Shown: piece after piece, positions 45,773 through 54,733 of the stretch | Numbering within the stretch: the first letter of the stretch is position 1 | Layout of the letters: each line of letters starts with the position of its first letter | Source of the DNA: Clostridiales bacterium | GTDB lineage: Bacteria > Bacillota > Clostridia > Peptostreptococcales > Anaerovoracaceae | Direction: 5' to 3' | DNA length: 64,000 bases | Assembly (NCBI GenBank): GCA_015058205.1 | Contig: SVCS01000002.1 | Location: 6,396-70,395 of the forward strand | Position numbers and translations under genes: made by a program | Notes under the pieces: generated by a model | Database searches by the model: none | What the model was told of the DNA's origin: nothing | What the model saw: only the letters and a program-made list of their open reading frames with translations

Positions 45773-46852
45773 ATGGAAAGGGAGAGAAATAACGGAATTG
45801 ATTTATTAAGAATAATTGCGATGTTTTTTGTTGTTATCCTTCATGCTCTTGGACATGGTGGTGTTCTTGATAATGTTGAAACCGGTTCACCGCAGTACTC
45901 CTTGGCTTGGGCGCTGGAAATCATCGCTTATCCTGCGGTTGATACGTTTGCTCTTATTACAGGATATGTTTCCTTTTCTCAACGGCATCCTTATTCCCTT
46001 GCAAAAACCTGTGCCGGTTACAGTACTACATGGCTTCAGGTGGTATATTACTGCGTTTTGATAACAATTGCCTTGCAGATAATCAATACTAAATGGATAA
46101 CTATTAGTGATCTGATTTATTCCTTTTTTCCAGTCACGAACAATATGTATTGGTACTTCACAGCATATACAGGAGTGATAGTACTTTCTCCATTAATAAC
46201 AGCAGGGGTTCGAGGTCTATCTAATAAATCAGCGGTTTATATTTTAATCATAATCCTCCTTGTGTTTTCTCTATTTGATTCTTTTTCTATGCGCTTTTCT
46301 CTTAATAGTGGCTATTCAGTAATATGGCTTTTGCTACTCTATTGTGTTGGTGCAATCATGAAAAAAATATGTGCACCCGAAAAACTTACAAAAGGCAAAT
46401 GTGTTTTATGTATTCTGATTCTATACATTCTAACTTGGTGCTGGAAGATCTTTATAGGAGGGGATATCAAAATAATGACGTTGTCCCTTACAAATGACAG
46501 CCTCGTTTCATATACTTCCCCAACAATAATTTGTATTTCAATTTTATATTTGGCGCTCTTTGCACAAATTAAAACCGGACCAATAACCACAAGCGTGATA
46601 CGATTTCTTGCACCAGGAGCTTTCTCGGTATATCTTTTGAATGACAATAGGTTAATTAGAGCACATTATATAGAAGGACGATTCGATATGATTGTGGTTG
46701 AAAATAGTTGGCATCTATTTCTGATTATTGTATGTTTTGCTATTGCTTTCACAATTATAGCGCTTTTTGTAGATAAACCTCGGCAATTGTTGTTTAATAA
46801 GATGCTAATAAAAAAACGAATTGAAAAGTGTGCAGATAGGCTCATAGGATGA
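45773..46852 (+). CDS. Acyltransferase family 3 membrane protein, second copy
   Basis: NNGIDLLRIIAMFFVVILHALGHGG at the N-terminus and about 10 TM segments. Confidence 0.75.
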   Translation: MERERNNGIDLLRIIAMFFVVILHALGHGGVLDNVETGSPQYSLAWALEIIAYPAVDTFALITGYVSFSQRHPYSLAKTCAGYSTTWLQVVYYCVLITIALQIINTKWITISDLIYSFFPVTNNMYWYFTAYTGVIVLSPLITAGVRGLSNKSAVYILIIILLVFSLFDSFSMRFSLNSGYSVIWLLLLYCVGAIMKKICAPEKLTKGKCVLCILILYILTWCWKIFIGGDIKIMTLSLTNDSLVSYTSPTIICISILYLALFAQIKTGPITTSVIRFLAPGAFSVYLLNDNRLIRAHYIEGRFDMIVVENSWHLFLIIVCFAIAFTIIALFVDKPRQLLFNKMLIKKRIEKCADRLIG

Positions 46853-46886
46853 TGCCTTCATCGTTCATGATTATTAAACAATTCTC

Positions 46887-46914
46887 TGACGTACAGCTTC
46901 CTGTACGTCATTTT
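46887..46914 (+). terminator. Rho-independent terminator
   Basis: TGACGTACAG-CTTC-CTGTACGTCA followed by TTTT. Confidence 0.75.
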
Positions 46915-47002
46915 ACTGATGAAACAGAGCCGACATTAAAACTCTTGCCTTGGATTATTAATAGAAGATAATGCTTCTTAACTATTAATAACACACCAAA
47001 TC

Positions 47003-47011
47003 TGCTATAAT
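47003..47011 (+). promoter_or_regulatory. Extended -10 element (TGCTATAAT)
   Basis: TGCTATAAT lies 38 nt upstream of ATG 47049. There is no good -35 box. Confidence 0.4.
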
Positions 47012-47048
47012 TATTTATGTATAAGCTAATTTCAAAAAGGACAGACAA

Positions 47049-50000
47049 ATGAAACGGGAGCAAGAAGGCTTACTATTACTTCTAAAAGAAATTGATACCA
47101 TATGCAAAAACAATGGTATTACATATTATGTTTCGGGTGGAACCGTTATTGGTGCAGTGAGACATGAAGGGTTCATACCATGGGATGATGATATCGATGT
47201 CTACATGACGCGCGATAATTGGAACAAATTCCGCAAAGTGATGAAGACACAAACTCCGGAGATGCGAGCGCTTGTATGCTGGGAGGATGATGAGGATTTC
47301 AACAATCTTCTTGGTAGATACATGAACAAAGCGACAACACAGATACACCAGTTCCAATTGTATAACAAATCTGCCAAGGGGCAGCTTGTTGATATGTTTG
47401 TTCTTGATCCAATCATCGATGATGATCAAGCTATCAGGCAGTATCAGAGCGATGTCATGCTCATTTCAGATCTTATGAGTGACTTAATTGTCTATTCGAA
47501 AAGAGCAAATTCTTGTGATGAATATGCAGAGCTGCGTGACAGAATCACTGCTGAAGGACGTATTAATGTAATCAGTGAATTAATTGGGCGTCTTGAAAAG
47601 TATAATGAAGAAGAATCCGACTATTATATCTTAAGGTGGGGCGGAATACCGCATGTATTCCCTAAAGAAATGTTCGCAGAACCTAAATATCTCCAATTCG
47701 AAGATATGAACGTCCCAGTGCCATCGAAGGTGTGTGAGTATTTGGTTCAGCTTTACGGTTTGGATTGGATGTATATACCTCCTCATGATGAGCAGCTTGT
47801 GCACACAGGCATTTTTGATTCAGAGCAGCCATATGAGAGATTTACTGATTTAATTCTTCCAAGAGTAAAAAACACTGAAACTGAAGATATCCTTGTAAAC
47901 AGAAAAAAGGAATTATTTAGCAATCTTCAGTTCACACATGAGCTTCACGAGGAAAGGATGCTCATAAAAGGTGATTTTGTCAGACGAAAAGTGATAAATC
48001 AGGTTGAAGAGAAGGGTATCGAAATCAGCAATTCGAAGGTTCTTAGAGATACAGAGAAGATGCGCCCTTTAATGAAGGATTATATCCGCATGCAATCGCA
48101 TCGAGATTATATAGGCGGCAATGATTTTCAGGGTTATTACCGGAAGAGAAATCCTATTTTTGTGGACATAGGGGATGAGCTTTTTGCTGCTGCATTAAGA
48201 GTTATGATTCAGGATGGACGCATTTCAAAGGCCGATCGCTTGATACAGGTCCGTCAGCAAAAGGTGAAAAGACCAATGGAGCCGTATCTGGATAGCATAC
48301 AGGCCATGATAAACGGACTGAAGGAAGTCCAGACCATGTTCGAATTCAATCAACTTGATAGGGCGGAGGAGTTGTTGAAAACCATCGTAAAGACAGAGAG
48401 CAACATCGAAGTCTATAAATACTTGCTGGAACTGATTCAGAGAAAGGACGGAAGTACATCCGAAAGATTCAATAAACTTCTTGAAGAGTGTCTCGCTAAA
48501 TGGCCGGATGATGGGGACTTTCTCAAGTATAAGGGAGATGCGCTTTTCGGACAGCAAGATTATCAGGCAGGAATCAAGGCGTATACCAATGCATTGTTAA
48601 ACAGCAATAATGGGTTGTTTGCGTTATTAATCGGGAAGTCTGTGAATAATCAAAAAGAGGAACTATTAGACTATTTAGAGACAATAATCCAAAGTGCTGA
48701 TGGCATTGCAGCTACAGGAGCATGGAAAACAATATTTGTTGATGATACAGATATCAGCAAATTATACTTAAAAACACATATTAATGGAGATGATCCATTT
48801 GCGAATCTCTTTAGAGAAAATGCTTGCATTAAAGATGAGGAAACTGTTGAATCGATTTGCAGTACTTACGCTGAAATTCTTGGATGGAGTACAGATAATG
48901 TCCGGTTTGTTTTAGCGGACACTGGTTTGATTAAGGGAAAAGATTACGACACTGTTTCCTTTGATGATAAAACAGATATTTCCAAATATCTCAACGCAGT
49001 AATTCTTCAGAAAAATGGAGATGTACGTGAAGCGTACAAGATTTATTTGGAATTATTGGATTCTAAAGATCGATATGTTGCAAAAAACATCAGAAGCAAA
49101 CTGGAAAACGACCATAAGTTGTTTATCAAAATGAAAACTGAAGAGGATGATCATTATTTCCAGTTGGACTATGCACTTAAGTATGGGGATATGCCTTATG
49201 AGGAGTTCCTCAAACTGTTGAAAGTAACGAATTATCCTAGTATACGAAACACTGCAATTGAGACAGACCATAGTGACGTTGCTCTGAACAATCCATGGTT
49301 TAAATTGCTTGTTGAGTTGATACAAATCTGCGAAAGAAACGACATTCAGTATATGTTGGGTGGAGCAATCCTGCAATATCTGATCAAGGATATAGGTCCG
49401 GTGCCAAACGACTTCAGCAACATGGAACTCATTATGGACGGCACAAACGCGCAGAAGCTGATAAAAGCATGTCATGATTTGCCTGAAGATAGAAATCTGG
49501 AGTGCGTATTGACGAACCCGCGATTGAGAAACAGCGATATGCTTTACATTAATACCGCTTCAACCGGAGTGGATTTCAGCAAGTTGGATCGCAGGAGAAG
49601 TCTCGGGATTGCGGTTCCAGTAAGAATTGCAAGGCCACAAGTGAAGTCATCTAGGAGAATGACTGCAGCAGATTTTGATAAGTTCTGGCTAATTAACTAC
49701 GGATATCCATTCCGTGTGTTGAAACTCAATGATAAAAGAGACAGGCAGCGCAATCGGCTATTCACAATAATGAATAAGAATGGCGACAAAGCTACATTGA
49801 AGAATTTCAGAAACATTCTAAAGCAAGAAATAAGTAAAGATACGAAAATAATATATGTCTATGGAAATGTTACAAGGTTGATGCATAAGGCAATTCTTTG
49901 GAAGGAAAGAAAACCGGCAGAATTGTTCGGCGTCAGGGTCGTTGTGCCAAGTAATATTGAGCGGTACCTGAATGCGAACTATCATACTGATAGTAAGTAT

Positions 50001-50372
50001 TATGATATTCCAATTACAGTCGTTGATGAAACTTACGTGGATCATGTTGGTGAAGAGAAGATTTATTCAGATGAAGAATTCTGGAAAAGAATAGAGGATA
50101 ATAGGAAGCTGACATTTACTAATAAAGATCAGTCAAGAGAACATAAGAACAACTGGGAAATGGCAAACAACATTTATGAAGGGATAACGATTCAGGACCG
50201 CCTCCTGTCTGATTTCGGGAGATTGAAACGCATTTATGATAAAGGAGCATATACAGAGTTGCTGAATCAAATGGACGGCTACAAGAAGGTCCTGAAGTTG
50301 GAGAAGAAGTACGATATCGACATCGATTCGGAGCTAGAGAAGTTATACCTCGAGGCGAGGAAAAAGATATGA
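47049..50372 (+). CDS. Giant LicD protein: canonical N-terminal LicD, helical/TPR-like middle, degenerate second LicD-like domain
   Basis: Domain 1 is ITYYVSGGTVIGAVRHEGFIPWDDDIDVYM. The middle region is helical-repeat-like. Domain 2 (nt ~49300-50000) is IQYMLGGAILQYLIKDIGPVPNDFSNMELIM and lacks the DDD motif. Confidence 0.75.
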   Translation: MKREQEGLLLLLKEIDTICKNNGITYYVSGGTVIGAVRHEGFIPWDDDIDVYMTRDNWNKFRKVMKTQTPEMRALVCWEDDEDFNNLLGRYMNKATTQIHQFQLYNKSAKGQLVDMFVLDPIIDDDQAIRQYQSDVMLISDLMSDLIVYSKRANSCDEYAELRDRITAEGRINVISELIGRLEKYNEEESDYYILRWGGIPHVFPKEMFAEPKYLQFEDMNVPVPSKVCEYLVQLYGLDWMYIPPHDEQLVHTGIFDSEQPYERFTDLILPRVKNTETEDILVNRKKELFSNLQFTHELHEERMLIKGDFVRRKVINQVEEKGIEISNSKVLRDTEKMRPLMKDYIRMQSHRDYIGGNDFQGYYRKRNPIFVDIGDELFAAALRVMIQDGRISKADRLIQVRQQKVKRPMEPYLDSIQAMINGLKEVQTMFEFNQLDRAEELLKTIVKTESNIEVYKYLLELIQRKDGSTSERFNKLLEECLAKWPDDGDFLKYKGDALFGQQDYQAGIKAYTNALLNSNNGLFALLIGKSVNNQKEELLDYLETIIQSADGIAATGAWKTIFVDDTDISKLYLKTHINGDDPFANLFRENACIKDEETVESICSTYAEILGWSTDNVRFVLADTGLIKGKDYDTVSFDDKTDISKYLNAVILQKNGDVREAYKIYLELLDSKDRYVAKNIRSKLENDHKLFIKMKTEEDDHYFQLDYALKYGDMPYEEFLKLLKVTNYPSIRNTAIETDHSDVALNNPWFKLLVELIQICERNDIQYMLGGAILQYLIKDIGPVPNDFSNMELIMDGTNAQKLIKACHDLPEDRNLECVLTNPRLRNSDMLYINTASTGVDFSKLDRRRSLGIAVPVRIARPQVKSSRRMTAADFDKFWLINYGYPFRVLKLNDKRDRQRNRLFTIMNKNGDKATLKNFRNILKQEISKDTKIIYVYGNVTRLMHKAILWKERKPAELFGVRVVVPSNIERYLNANYHTDSKYYDIPITVVDETYVDHVGEEKIYSDEEFWKRIEDNRKLTFTNKDQSREHKNNWEMANNIYEGITIQDRLLSDFGRLKRIYDKGAYTELLNQMDGYKKVLKLEKKYDIDIDSELEKLYLEARKKI

Positions 50373-51670
50373 AAAGAATTATTACATACGGCACATTTGA
50401 CCTCTTTCATGAGGGCCACTACAACATGCTGAAAAGAGCAAAGGCGGAGGGGGACTACCTCATAGTTGGAGTTACCGGTGATCGCTATGATGTCGGCAGA
50501 GGGAAGCTGTCTGTTAAAGATAGCTTAGCAACAAGGATTGAAAATGTTAAGAAGACAGGTTTTGCCGACATGATTATCACAGAAGAGTATCTTGGGCAGA
50601 AGATTAGCGATATCATAAAGTATGATATTGATACTTTCGTTATTGGTGATGACTGGCGAGGAAAGTTTGATCATCTAAACAACTATTGTACTGTGAAATA
50701 TATAAGCAGAACAGAAGGTATTTCCAGTACAAAAATCAGAGAAGAAGAATTCAAAATCAACAGGATTGGAATTATAACAGATAAAATGAGTGACAATCAG
50801 ATTGTGAAAGAATCTGGATTGATTGCCGGAGTATCCGTAGGGAAAGTGTATGCTGAAGATGGCACCCTCGCAGGTAAGTTCAATAATAATTACCAACTGC
50901 AGGGAGTCGCGGGCAACCTTAGAGAACTCTTTGAAGATTCTGATGTAATTTACATCAGGGTTGATATTAAGGATAGGTACAGATTTGCCAAAGAAGCACT
51001 TCAAGCCGGAAAGCATGTAATCTGCGACTTTCCTTTTTCGCTTGATTCCGGGGAACAGAAAGAACTATGGAACATTGCTAGAGAGAAGGAGAGAATTCTT
51101 CTGGACAACATCAAAGCGCCATATTCCCAGACGTTTATTCAGATGATGTGGGCAGTGCAGGGAGGCTTAATCGGAGATGTCATTGATTTCAATTGTTCAG
51201 TTTCAAAGAAAGATTTGGATATCCCGTATTTGTTCTATGAACTGGCAGCAATGGCAGTTGCACCAATGCTGAAAATACTTGGGCACGATTATACTAGTAT
51301 GGATAGCAGGTTAATACATGAAGGTGATGCAATTGAATTTGCCACGATGTATTTTGAGTATCCGACTGGAAGGGCAAAGATCAATGTCGGAAATACAATC
51401 AGAGTAGAGAATCAGATAGAGATTATCGGAACAAAAGGCACTGTGAGAATAGGAGATAACTGGTGGAAAGCTGATTATTTCGAAATGGATAAAACAGATG
51501 GAACCAATGAAGTCTTCAATATCAATTTCAACAGCAATGGATTCCGATTCCTGCTGGCAAATTTGGTAGATATGATTAGCCAGGGTATCATAGAAACCAA
51601 ATTTTTCTCAGAAAGAGATTCCAGAAAAGTTACTGCAATATTGGAAGAAGCTATCGCAAATAGGGAATAG
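50369..51670 (+). CDS. Fusion: TagD-type cytidylyltransferase + Gfo/Idh/MocA-like oxidoreductase domain
   Basis: The N-terminus is IITYGTFDLFHEGHYNMLKRAKAEGDYLIVGVT...RTEGISSTKIR. The C-terminal part has AGKHVICDFP (compare the EKP motif) and a dimerisation-domain-like tail. The usual GxGxxG is replaced by RIGIITDKMSDN. Confidence 0.7.
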   Translation: MKRIITYGTFDLFHEGHYNMLKRAKAEGDYLIVGVTGDRYDVGRGKLSVKDSLATRIENVKKTGFADMIITEEYLGQKISDIIKYDIDTFVIGDDWRGKFDHLNNYCTVKYISRTEGISSTKIREEEFKINRIGIITDKMSDNQIVKESGLIAGVSVGKVYAEDGTLAGKFNNNYQLQGVAGNLRELFEDSDVIYIRVDIKDRYRFAKEALQAGKHVICDFPFSLDSGEQKELWNIAREKERILLDNIKAPYSQTFIQMMWAVQGGLIGDVIDFNCSVSKKDLDIPYLFYELAAMAVAPMLKILGHDYTSMDSRLIHEGDAIEFATMYFEYPTGRAKINVGNTIRVENQIEIIGTKGTVRIGDNWWKADYFEMDKTDGTNEVFNINFNSNGFRFLLANLVDMISQGIIETKFFSERDSRKVTAILEEAIANRE

Positions 51671-51679
51671 GAAGGAACA

Positions 51680-52738
51680 ATGTATTATTTAAACGAAAAT
51701 GTCCGTGATCTGTACAGAATATTTGATCAGAATTCCAGAGAAGAATATCTGCGTATGGACCTGAATGAAAATCCGGGAGGACTGCCGGAAGAGTTTATCA
51801 GAACAGTACTTAGTGAAGTTACTCCACAGTTTGTTGCGCAGTATCCGGAAACAAAAGAGTTTACGGAAAAACTCGGTGCGAAAATTGGCGCTAAGCTTGA
51901 AGAGATATGCTTGACAAATGGTTCCGCAGAAGGAATCAGACATATTATAGAAGCCTATTCAAGGCCTGGCGGAAACATCCTTTCAGTTGCACCGTCATAT
52001 GCTATGTATGAGGTGTATTCGAAGATGTACGGAAGGAATCATATTGGGGTGTCCTATGAAGATGACCTCAGTTTTGATGTAGACAAACTGATTGAAAAAA
52101 TTACGCCGGATATCGATCTTGTCGTGGTGTTAAATCCAAACAATCCTATGGGAGATGTCTATTCCTATGAGGAAATGGATCGTATCGTGGCAGCTGCTAA
52201 GGAAAATGAAGCAACAGTTTTGATTGATGAGGCATACTATTATTTCTACCCGAATTCCTTCATAAAGTATGCGTTGGAGAACGACCATGTCTTTTTGACG
52301 AGAACTTTTTCGAAGTTATTTTCTCTGGCTGGGTGCAGACTTGGTTATGTTGTAGGTCAGGCAGACGGAATTGAAATGATACAAAAGCTGTGCACGCCTC
52401 ATAATGTCAATGCTTTTGCAATGAAGTTCGCAATGGCTATCATGGAAACACCTGGCATGCTTGAATCTCTAATTGAGAAACAAGTCAATGGTAAGAAACA
52501 TCTTGTTGACGAACTCAGAAGGCATGGGTATGAGGTTAATGCCAAGGAAGGAAACTTTGTTTTTATTCAACCAAAGACAGATGCAAATACAATTGTCGCT
52601 AGGATGAAAGCAGAGAAGATGATTTTAATTAAAGCATATCATGGGATTGGCAATCTGAATGACTGCCTGCGTGTTACAACGGGAGAGTCAGAGCTGATGG
52701 ACGTTTTTATTGAAGCGTTACTTGAGCTGGATCAATAA
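51680..52738 (+). CDS. Class II (HisC/CobD family) PLP-dependent aminotransferase/decarboxylase
   Basis: MDLNENPGGLP, NPNNPMG and RTFSKLFSLAGCRLGY (PLP Lys) are all HisC-family blocks. Confidence 0.8.
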   Translation: MYYLNENVRDLYRIFDQNSREEYLRMDLNENPGGLPEEFIRTVLSEVTPQFVAQYPETKEFTEKLGAKIGAKLEEICLTNGSAEGIRHIIEAYSRPGGNILSVAPSYAMYEVYSKMYGRNHIGVSYEDDLSFDVDKLIEKITPDIDLVVVLNPNNPMGDVYSYEEMDRIVAAAKENEATVLIDEAYYYFYPNSFIKYALENDHVFLTRTFSKLFSLAGCRLGYVVGQADGIEMIQKLCTPHNVNAFAMKFAMAIMETPGMLESLIEKQVNGKKHLVDELRRHGYEVNAKEGNFVFIQPKTDANTIVARMKAEKMILIKAYHGIGNLNDCLRVTTGESELMDVFIEALLELDQ

Positions 52739-53260
52739 ATGATGAGGAATATGCATCTGATGAATGAAGGACTGTATTTAAGACAATTGAGCATAACTGA
52801 TGGAGAAGACATCTATCAGTTGCTCCAGCAGATTGAGGCGAATGAGCATGAATTCAAGAATGATGCTTTTGGAATGGATTGTTCAGAATTCAAGGAATGG
52901 CTGGAGTTACAGGACAACTGGGCAAACAATAGATGTTTGCCAGAAGGGTATGTCCCACAGACAATCTATTGGCTGTTCCAAAATGATACACCAGTTGGAT
53001 TTGGGAAAATCCGCCACAGGTTGAATGAACATTCCAGAATAATCGGTGGAAACATAGGCTATGCTATCGGCAAACCATATAGAGGACATGGTTATGGGAC
53101 TGAACTCATGAAACTATTGGTCATTAAGGCTGATGAGTTAGGGGTTACGGAGAAACTGGCTACCGTTGAAAAAGATAATCCTGCATCTAAGAAAGCCATT
53201 GAGAGGGCTGGTGGGAAATTGGTTAAAGAAACAGAAGAACGGTGGTATTTTGAATTTTAA
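52739..53260 (+). CDS. GNAT family N-acetyltransferase
   Basis: Motif A is YRGHGYGTELMKLL, and NPASKKAIERAGGK lies in the C-terminus. The start follows immediately after the upstream stop. Confidence 0.7.
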   Translation: MMRNMHLMNEGLYLRQLSITDGEDIYQLLQQIEANEHEFKNDAFGMDCSEFKEWLELQDNWANNRCLPEGYVPQTIYWLFQNDTPVGFGKIRHRLNEHSRIIGGNIGYAIGKPYRGHGYGTELMKLLVIKADELGVTEKLATVEKDNPASKKAIERAGGKLVKETEERWYFEF

Positions 53261-53272
53261 GAGGATGGTATT

Positions 53273-54691
53273 TTGCTTCTAAGAACACTAAGAAACGCAC
53301 TTGTAAAACCAGTTATTTCAGTAATACTTCCAGTTTACTGCGGAGAAAAATATTTGGCAGAAGCCATAGAAAGCGTTATCAATCAGACAATTGGTATAGA
53401 AAAAATACAGTTGCTTCTAATAGATGATGGAAGCACAGACAGTTCGCCGAAAATCTGTAAACGCTATGCACAATTATTCCCAGATAATATTTTTTATTAC
53501 CGAAAAGAAAACGGTGGTCTTTCGAGCGCTCTTAATCTGGGTTTATCTGTAGCAACAGGAAAATATATCGCCAAACTTGACTGTGATGACACATGGGATT
53601 TGGAGGCATTTGCAGAAATAGTTGATTTCTTTGATGATCATTATTCTGAAATTGATTGTTTGAGTGTTCGAATTAGAATATTTGGTGATATGGAGTATGA
53701 ACATCCCCTGAATTTTAAGTATACAAAGAACAGAGTCATAGATTTAACAAAAGAGCCATATTCCATACAGACCATCGGGGGGAATACTGTTTATAAAGCA
53801 AAAGCATTAAAAGGCTTATCGTTTGATGAGAATATTAAGATTCTTGAGGACGTAGTTTTTAATACGAGATTCTTGAGATCGCGATCCAAATATGGTGTTA
53901 TATCTAATGCTTGCTATAACTATCGAAAAGTTAAAACAGAGAAATCATTATCCAATCAATCTTACTTTGATCGTTACTGGTATCTGAAAACACCATACGA
54001 AGTGTTTTTTCCTTTGATTAATGAATCAAAGGAACAGTTTGGTAAAACGGATCGTTATACACAGGCTGTTGTTGCGTATTTTTTGAGATGGAGGATTCCT
54101 CCGACTGGGATAAGGGAAACGTTGAACGATGCAGAGATTGAGGAGTATACAGGTATCATTCGTGCATTATTGCAGGAAATAGATGATGATATTATCGCAT
54201 CGATAAAAGGTGCCCTATATATGCACAGGAATTATCTGTATAAATTAAAGTATCAGAGGGATCCTTTTGAAATTGCGGAGTTGAATAAAAAAGGAAAGTA
54301 TCTTCTTAACGGAAATGTGATTTTTAATGCTTGCGGCAGTGGTTTGGCCAGAATTGAGAGAGTTGACACAACTGATTCCGAGACTGTTGTGACTGGAGAA
54401 AGTAGTATCCTTCAGGCAGAAGGACGATGCAGTCTTCATGCTGAAGACAGAGAAGGGAATGAAGTTCCCGTTGAAGTTACAGCTAACCCTGCTACCGATG
54501 TGTATGGTTTTACAGGAGAAATCATTAAAAGAGGCGCTTCTTTCAAAATGATTTTCCCAAAGCCGTTTGATGGGGTGTTCCGCGTTTATACAACACTTGA
54601 GGATTTGCCTGGAAAGTTTTATTGCACAGTTACTTTTGGACCTGATGTACAGGGTACTTACTCGAAGGAATCAGGGGATGTGATGTTATAA
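53273..54691 (+). CDS. Glycosyltransferase family 2 with a ~230-aa C-terminal extension
   Basis: ISVILPVYCGEKYLAEAIESVINQT...LLLIDDGSTDSS...KLDCDD. TTG start 6 nt after GAGGATGG. Confidence 0.8.
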   Translation: MLLRTLRNALVKPVISVILPVYCGEKYLAEAIESVINQTIGIEKIQLLLIDDGSTDSSPKICKRYAQLFPDNIFYYRKENGGLSSALNLGLSVATGKYIAKLDCDDTWDLEAFAEIVDFFDDHYSEIDCLSVRIRIFGDMEYEHPLNFKYTKNRVIDLTKEPYSIQTIGGNTVYKAKALKGLSFDENIKILEDVVFNTRFLRSRSKYGVISNACYNYRKVKTEKSLSNQSYFDRYWYLKTPYEVFFPLINESKEQFGKTDRYTQAVVAYFLRWRIPPTGIRETLNDAEIEEYTGIIRALLQEIDDDIIASIKGALYMHRNYLYKLKYQRDPFEIAELNKKGKYLLNGNVIFNACGSGLARIERVDTTDSETVVTGESSILQAEGRCSLHAEDREGNEVPVEVTANPATDVYGFTGEIIKRGASFKMIFPKPFDGVFRVYTTLEDLPGKFYCTVTFGPDVQGTYSKESGDVML

Positions 54692-54733
54692 CTAATGATA
54701 TTATGCTACAAAAATGATATGAATGAGGTGACT

